This document shows, one piece after another, positions 59,801 through 64,000 of a DNA stretch of 64,000 nt. The first letter of the stretch is position 1, and every line of letters starts with the position of its first letter. The notes beneath the pieces are model-generated. The model was not told the DNA's origin. It was given only the letters and a program-made list of their open reading frames with translations, and made no database searches. The position numbers and the translations under genes are program-made. This DNA comes from Myxococcales bacterium (GTDB taxonomy: Bacteria; Desulfobacterota; Binatia; HRBIN30): the NCBI GenBank assembly GCA_037445065.1, contig JBBILD010000019.1:11938-75937 (forward strand), in the 5' to 3' direction.

Positions 59801-59959
59801 GTGGCTCGTCGTTTGGGCTTCGCAGGCGACGTCAGGGAGGTAGCGGAGCAGTTGTGGTCCACCTACGAGCAGCGCCGCGAGGCCGTTCGTCGCCAGTACG
59901 AACACTGGTTCGAGCAGGCAGAGCGAGGCGCTTTGCCGCGCATTGCCGGCTGCCCTTGA
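56876..59959 (+). CDS. glnE: Glutamine synthetase adenylyltransferase/adenylyl-removing enzyme
   Basis: Two NTase motifs MGKLGGKELNFSSDIDL and LGKFGAEELNFNSDLDL; DLRLRPDG; KLGRGGIREVEF. Confidence 0.96.
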   Translation: MPASTTDLSPTLQRLGVDQARCQALAEVLERGVGDPLPRCRLLDLLERAADPLLAAAGLERLVQLADPTAAFAPAPERCWEALAVLCGASVALVNTLAACGAEWPRVFAEALVLPSKQAADHIEALSKASGCEGPSFGRMLRQYRHREYLRIGLADLLQPGRVEQTWAEISELADACVEASYRWARSRLVEESGELLGPDGNPVGFVVLAMGKLGGKELNFSSDIDLVYLYELDTQATAAATEVPSARTFFSRLSERMTRALQEVTADGFAFRVDLRLRPDGINGPITNSVSNALLYYESYGQTWERTALLRARPCAGDQRLGELFLREVRPFVYRRYLDYSTVADMQRMKAQIEAAVRSKGAERDVKLGRGGIREVEFFVQVLQLIYGGRDERVRSRSTVDALRKLVECRYIPASEGEALIDAYRFLRNVEHKVQIASQRQTHHIPGEVREQEVLARRLGWTGDKALDQFWAAWNRHTSAVRVAFEKLLYEAESERRSKVSDEAQQFLALLDDRDKAQEWLRSFGFADPVASYEDLRLLRDGPPSSPSTPRRRQVLFELVPLLLTTLRESASPDLALHNFSSLIAAVGARTSFLLLLRENPATLRMLVNLFGTSQYLANQFIRHPEMLDSLVRADLARVRREKADLTAELLSLLAVAEDFEQSLDALRRFRNQEFLRIGIAAVQSSLAVAEVSAELTTLAEVCLEGALAIARQQALARFSLPELPGVFAVLGLGKFGAEELNFNSDLDLIFVYEPAAQSASGPTPHEVFTWLAQRLITVLQVPTKEGIVYRIDTRLRPSGHSGPLVSSLDSFRRYHAESAQVWERQALIKARAVAGPGGLCSAVQSVVEDFVYRAPLRPAEVREIRRLRGRMERELARESRDHVNIKTGRGGLVDIEFLVQMLQLSYGPCLPPLRLRKTASALDALHEQGVLPAGPWAVLRDGYAFLRQLEQALRLIHDRPVEDLERADMDVVVVARRLGFAGDVREVAEQLWSTYEQRREAVRRQYEHWFEQAERGALPRIAGCP

Positions 59960-60039
59960 GGACTCGACGGAGGCTGCGCTTCGTTGACGCTCCTGCGCGT
60001 CTGCGCTAGCCAGAGCCGACCCCCGAAAAGGAGCGGCGC

Positions 60040-60957
60040 GTGCAGAAAACGGAACAAATTTGGTTCGATGGAAGGATGGTTCCGTGGGATGCCGCGCAAG
60101 TACACGTACTCACCCACACCCTTCACTACGGCCTCGGCGTGTTCGAGGGGATCCGCTGTTACGAGAGCGATGAGGGCAAGGCGCTGATCTTCCGCCTCCG
60201 CGAGCACATTGACCGCTTGTTTGACTCCGCGCACATTTTGGGAATTCGCATCCCCTTCACTCGCGAGCAGATTTGCCAGGCTTGCATCGAGACCGTACGG
60301 GTGAATCGGTTGCGCAGCGGCTACATCCGCCCGATCGTCTTCCTCGGTGATGGGGAAATGGGACTGGCTGCTGTGCACAACCCGGTGCGTGTTGCCGTGG
60401 CGGCGTGGCCGTGGGGTGCCTACCTGGGAGAGGAAGGTGTGGCGCACGGCGTGCGACTCAAGACTTCTTCCTTCCAGCGCATGCACGTGAACACGTTCAT
60501 GACCAAGGCCAAGGCCGTGGGAAACTATGTGAACTCGATCTTGGCCGCGATCGAGGCGCGAAGCGCTGGTTACGATGAAGCCATGATGTTGGATACGGAT
60601 GGCTATGTGTCCGAGTGCAGCGGAGAGAACGTGTTCATTGTGCGCCACAACGTGGTGAAGACGCCGCCGCTGACTTCGGTCCTGGAGGGGATCACGCGTG
60701 GGACCGTGTTGGCGCTGTTGCGGGCCATGGGCGTTGACGTTGTCGAGGAGCGCTTCACACGTGACGAGGCGTACATTGCGGACGAAGTTTTCATGACGGG
60801 GACTGCGGCCGAAGTTACGCCGGTGCGCGAGATTGACGGCCGCCAGGTGGGCGACGGCAAGCCTGGGCCGCTGACCCGATCGCTGCAGGAGCGTTACCGC
60901 CACGTGGTGCACGGCCGCGACGCGGCATTCCGCGAGTGGGTCACGCCGGTGTTGTGA
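60040..60957 (+). CDS. ilvE: Branched-chain amino acid aminotransferase
   Basis: HTLHYGLGVFEGIRCY, AKAVGNYVNS, LEGITR, FMTGTAAEVTPV. Confidence 0.96.
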   Translation: MQKTEQIWFDGRMVPWDAAQVHVLTHTLHYGLGVFEGIRCYESDEGKALIFRLREHIDRLFDSAHILGIRIPFTREQICQACIETVRVNRLRSGYIRPIVFLGDGEMGLAAVHNPVRVAVAAWPWGAYLGEEGVAHGVRLKTSSFQRMHVNTFMTKAKAVGNYVNSILAAIEARSAGYDEAMMLDTDGYVSECSGENVFIVRHNVVKTPPLTSVLEGITRGTVLALLRAMGVDVVEERFTRDEAYIADEVFMTGTAAEVTPVREIDGRQVGDGKPGPLTRSLQERYRHVVHGRDAAFREWVTPVL

Positions 60958-60982
60958 GCGCGCGAAAGCCGCCGAATTTGAA

Positions 60983-61011
60983 TTGACACACTCGGCCGAT
61001 GCGATTATAAG
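60983..61011 (+). promoter_or_regulatory. Near-consensus sigma70 promoter
   Basis: TTGACA (60983-60988), 17 bp, TATAAG (61006-61011). Confidence 0.75.
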
Positions 61012-61099
61012 CGGCGGCGCTGTCGTTGTGGCACGTGGGTGGGAACGAGGAGGTCGCCGGTCAGTGCGCCTTGCACGGGGCGCGACGGAGGATTGCGGA

Positions 61100-62278
61100 G
61101 TGAAGGGTAGAGCGAGCGGGAACATCGGCCCATGGGTGGCGATTCTGGCCGTGCTCGGACTGGTGGGGAGCACTCGCGCAGACGTCACGGTCGAACGAGG
61201 CAGCTCGATCTTGGTGTTCCCGAAGGTGATCTCGGATGCACAGGGGTTACTCACCGGAGGAATCCCGACCGAGACGATCATCCAGATCTCCAACCTATCG
61301 AACTCGCTTGCCTACGCGCACTGCTTTTACGTCAACGCTGCGCCCCTCGACCCGACCCAGCCGGCGGGCGTGTTCAACCCGCCACAGTGGATTGAGGTGG
61401 ACTTCAACATTGTGCTGACCAAGCAGCAGCCCACGTACTGGGTGGCGGGTAGCGGGCGGCGTGTGGACCCTACTGACTCGCTGTGCGACCGCTCGATCCC
61501 AGTGTTGAATTGCTCAAATGCCGGCTTTGACCCAGGCTTGGTTCCTGCAGTTCCGCCGCCGTTTGTCGGCGAGCTGGTCTGCATTGAGGTGGACTCTTCC
61601 GGTGCCCCGCTCAATGGTAACCGCCTCAAAGGCGAGGCCACTTTGGTGACCAGTCAGACAGCCACGCTCAACGGGAACCAAATCCGCCAGGGTGATGCCA
61701 GCAAGTACAACGCGCTGGGTTTTGTCGGGCTCAACACGGACACCAACTCGAACGACGGCAATCTGACCCTCTGCCTCGGTGGTGGGCCTAGGCCCGGCTG
61801 CCCGATTGGCGCGGAGTACAATGGTTGCCCGGAGACGGTAATCGTGAATCACTTTGCGGAGAGGGCCACGTTCCCGGCGGTGCCTCGGTCGCAAATCGAA
61901 AGTTCGAGCGTGAGGACGGAGGTGACCTTGGTCCCATGTACGCAGGATTTCGAAAACCAGGTTCCTGGGACGGTGGTGGTGCAATTCAAGGTCACCAATG
62001 AGTTCGAGAACTTGTTCTCGGCCAGCACGACAGTGAACTGCTGGGCGAACTTGCGCCTTTCCGACGTGAGTCGGATTTTCGATGTGAACGTGCTCGGAAC
62101 CCGCTTCGCGCAAACGAGGATGACCCCAGGGGGCGCCGAGCAGGGAAGCTTCATCGGTGTGTCCGAGGAGTTTTACACGGACGGGCTCAGCGGGTTGTCG
62201 CGGGCGGCGCTCAATCTACACGTGGAGGGAGAGCGCGCGGGAGGCGACCTGATTACCGTGCCGGAGGTGCTGCCATGA
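61100..62278 (+). CDS. Secreted Cys-rich protein of unknown function, paralogue 1
   Basis: GTG start after GGAGGA; signal peptide ending STRA; SSILVFPKVI...TIIQISN...AHCFYVN. Confidence 0.8.
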   Translation: MKGRASGNIGPWVAILAVLGLVGSTRADVTVERGSSILVFPKVISDAQGLLTGGIPTETIIQISNLSNSLAYAHCFYVNAAPLDPTQPAGVFNPPQWIEVDFNIVLTKQQPTYWVAGSGRRVDPTDSLCDRSIPVLNCSNAGFDPGLVPAVPPPFVGELVCIEVDSSGAPLNGNRLKGEATLVTSQTATLNGNQIRQGDASKYNALGFVGLNTDTNSNDGNLTLCLGGGPRPGCPIGAEYNGCPETVIVNHFAERATFPAVPRSQIESSSVRTEVTLVPCTQDFENQVPGTVVVQFKVTNEFENLFSASTTVNCWANLRLSDVSRIFDVNVLGTRFAQTRMTPGGAEQGSFIGVSEEFYTDGLSGLSRAALNLHVEGERAGGDLITVPEVLP

Positions 62279-63468
62279 GGTCGTTGCTGAAGGGCTGTGC
62301 GGCAGTGGCAGCGGTTTGCTCGGTGGTGGGAGCGGCGGCTGCGCAAGTCGCGTCCGTCGCTTCGGATCGCGCCGGCGCGATTTTGGTGTTTCCGAAGGTG
62401 GTCGTTGACACGGCAAATAGTGCCGGGCGCGGGCGGCTCGACACCGTGATTCGCATCAGCAACACGAGCAACGAGCCTGTGCGGATGCAGTGTTTTTGGA
62501 TGAACGCCAACGGGCACTGCTTCAACGCTCCCGGAATCATTTGCGACCCGACCCTCTCGCCGCGAGACCCGCGTTGTCCCGCGAATTCGTTCTGTGTTCC
62601 TGGTTGGCAGGAGACTGACTTTATCGTTCAACTCACAGCGCGGCAGCCAGTTGCTTGGCTCGCCTCGACGGGGGCGGTGCCTTGTGCGGACTCGAACGAC
62701 CCTGCGATTCCCTGCTTTGCTCTCGGTACCAGGGATCAGCGGCCGAGTCCGAATAACAACCTCGAGAGCCGCGTTCCGGCCGTTCTCGAAGATCCCTTTG
62801 TGGGAGAGCTCAAGTGCATTGCCGTAGATCAAAATGATCTCCCGGCGGAAAAAAATGCCCTCAAGGGAGAAGCGCTGATTGTGGGCTCGGATCGTAACGC
62901 ATCCAACAATTTTGATGTGCGCGGTTATAACGCAGTGGCGATCCCCGCGCTGGTGGGCCGGAACAATTTCGACAACGTACTGGTTCTGGGTGGCGCTGGC
63001 GCGGAGTACGCGGGCTGTCCGAATGTGCTCGTGCTGGACCATTTTTTCGACTTTGCCCAGGATCCGGTGACGTCACAATCGATCGAGACCGTTCTGACCT
63101 TGGTCCCGTGCACGGAGGACTTGTTAGGCCAGCGTCCCGTCAGCATGCCGATTCAGTTTCTGGTGTTCAACGAATTCGAGCAGCGCTTCTCGACGAGTTT
63201 CCGCGACTTCAGTTGCTTCCGCGAGTTTCGTCTCTCGCAGATCGATACGCGCAGCAACCCCACGTATTCCATCTTTTACGCAGGTGTTGCCGGAACGCTG
63301 ACTGGGCAGACGCGCATCCGTGGTGTGGCCGGCAACGATCGCACGCGAGGCCAGACATTATTAGGGGTGGCTGAGGAGTTTCGCGCAGGAGGCGGCTCTG
63401 CCAGCTTCCAGCTCCACGTGCAGGGGAGCCGCCCGCAAAGTGATTTTGTGTACTTGCCCTTCCAATGA
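62275..63468 (+). CDS. Secreted Cys-rich protein of unknown function, paralogue 2
   Basis: ATGA overlap with paralogue 1; GAILVFPKVV...TVIRISNTSN...QCFWMN; colinear motifs to C-terminus. Confidence 0.82.
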   Translation: MRSLLKGCAAVAAVCSVVGAAAAQVASVASDRAGAILVFPKVVVDTANSAGRGRLDTVIRISNTSNEPVRMQCFWMNANGHCFNAPGIICDPTLSPRDPRCPANSFCVPGWQETDFIVQLTARQPVAWLASTGAVPCADSNDPAIPCFALGTRDQRPSPNNNLESRVPAVLEDPFVGELKCIAVDQNDLPAEKNALKGEALIVGSDRNASNNFDVRGYNAVAIPALVGRNNFDNVLVLGGAGAEYAGCPNVLVLDHFFDFAQDPVTSQSIETVLTLVPCTEDLLGQRPVSMPIQFLVFNEFEQRFSTSFRDFSCFREFRLSQIDTRSNPTYSIFYAGVAGTLTGQTRIRGVAGNDRTRGQTLLGVAEEFRAGGGSASFQLHVQGSRPQSDFVYLPFQ

Positions 63469-63500
63469 GTCGTAAAGCGGGTTGGACCCGTGATTTTAGG

Positions 63501-63529
63501 TTGACAAGGATGAGCTGTGCAGATATAAG
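63501..63529 (+). promoter_or_regulatory. Near-consensus sigma70 promoter
   Basis: TTGACA (63501-63506), 17 bp, TATAAG (63524-63529). Confidence 0.75.
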
Positions 63530-63595
63530 GCCGCCACTCGGTTGAGGGGTTCGCCCTAGCGAATTTGGTGTGGCGTGATCGAAAGGAGGAGGGTA

Positions 63596-64000
63596 ATGCT
63601 TAGGCAGCGAGGGCTAGTTGGGCTCATGGGACTCGCGGCGTTGGTCGGTTGGGGTGTTAATGCCCGATTGGCTGAGGCGCGCGTAACCACAGAGCAGAGC
63701 GCGTCAATTCTCATTTTTCCGAAGGTGATCGCTACGTCGTCTCGCGACACGATCATCCAAATTACCAACACCTCCAACAGCATGCGTCATGCGCACTGCT
63801 TTTACGTGGATGGGGCGCCGGTGAACCCGGAGCTTCCGGTCGGTCCGCTCAACCCACCCCGGTGGGTGGAGACGGATTTCGATATCTGGCTGACCCGCCA
63901 GCAGCCGACCCACTGGGTGGTTTCGACTGGCCGCTGGGACGACCCCACCGACGATTCCTGCCGCCAAGTGGCTTGTGACCCGGCCTTTAGTGGTTTGCCG
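63596..64000 (+). CDS. Secreted protein of unknown function, paralogue 3 (runs off window; absent from ORF track)
   Basis: AGGAGGAGG SD; manual translation MLRQRGLVGLMGLAALVGWGVNARLAEARVTTEQSASILIFPKVIATSSRDTIIQITNTSNSMRHAHCFYVDG...WVETDFDIWLTRQQPTHW. Confidence 0.85.
   Translation, partial: MLRQRGLVGLMGLAALVGWGVNARLAEARVTTEQSASILIFPKVIATSSRDTIIQITNTSNSMRHAHCFYVDGAPVNPELPVGPLNPPRWVETDFDIWLTRQQPTHWVVSTGRWDDPTDDSCRQVACDPAFSGLP

Noticed and set aside
59863..61293. 476-aa minus-strand ORF over ilvE
   Set aside because: Antisense to confident ilvE and spans a promoter; no motifs.
1..64000. CRISPR arrays, tRNA/rRNA, transposases, integrases, defence systems
   Set aside because: None seen by eye; the window is gene-dense with short intergenic gaps. 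A small ncRNA could have been missed without covariance searches.

Overview
GC-rich bacterial chromosomal window with about 47 protein genes; I saw no rRNA, tRNA, CRISPR array, prophage or IS element. Gene content and the comM-dprA-topA-trmFO order suggest a deltaproteobacteria-like diderm, possibly Candidatus Binatia (inference only). Left to right: partial luciferase-like monooxygenase; recO; grpE-dnaK-dnaJ plus an LpoA-like lipoprotein; a 13.5 kb minus-strand Pil-Chp-like chemosensory operon (sigma54 promoter, CheW-DUF4388 fusion, two response regulators, CheW, MCP, triple-Hpt CheA-REC, and a 1387-aa coiled-coil protein ending in degenerate receivers); thiL-larB; a secreted LamG protein; a complete clade II nitrous-oxide reductase cluster; OmpA-family protein; a secreted beta-helix/PKD protein; PaaI thioesterase; opgG; aldehyde:ferredoxin oxidoreductase; a DUF1302-YCF48-MMPL-DUF1329 envelope transport module with a second DUF1302 paralogue; comM-dprA-topA-trmFO-CBS/ACT-glnE-ilvE; and a tandem array of at least three paralogous Cys-rich secreted proteins. 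The best candidates for undescribed biology are a ~135-aa two-Cys C-terminal domain shared by two unrelated secreted proteins, the secreted paralogue array behind twin TTGACA-17-TATAAG promoters, and the unusual architecture of the chemosensory operon. All family calls come from motif recognition by eye, not database searches.
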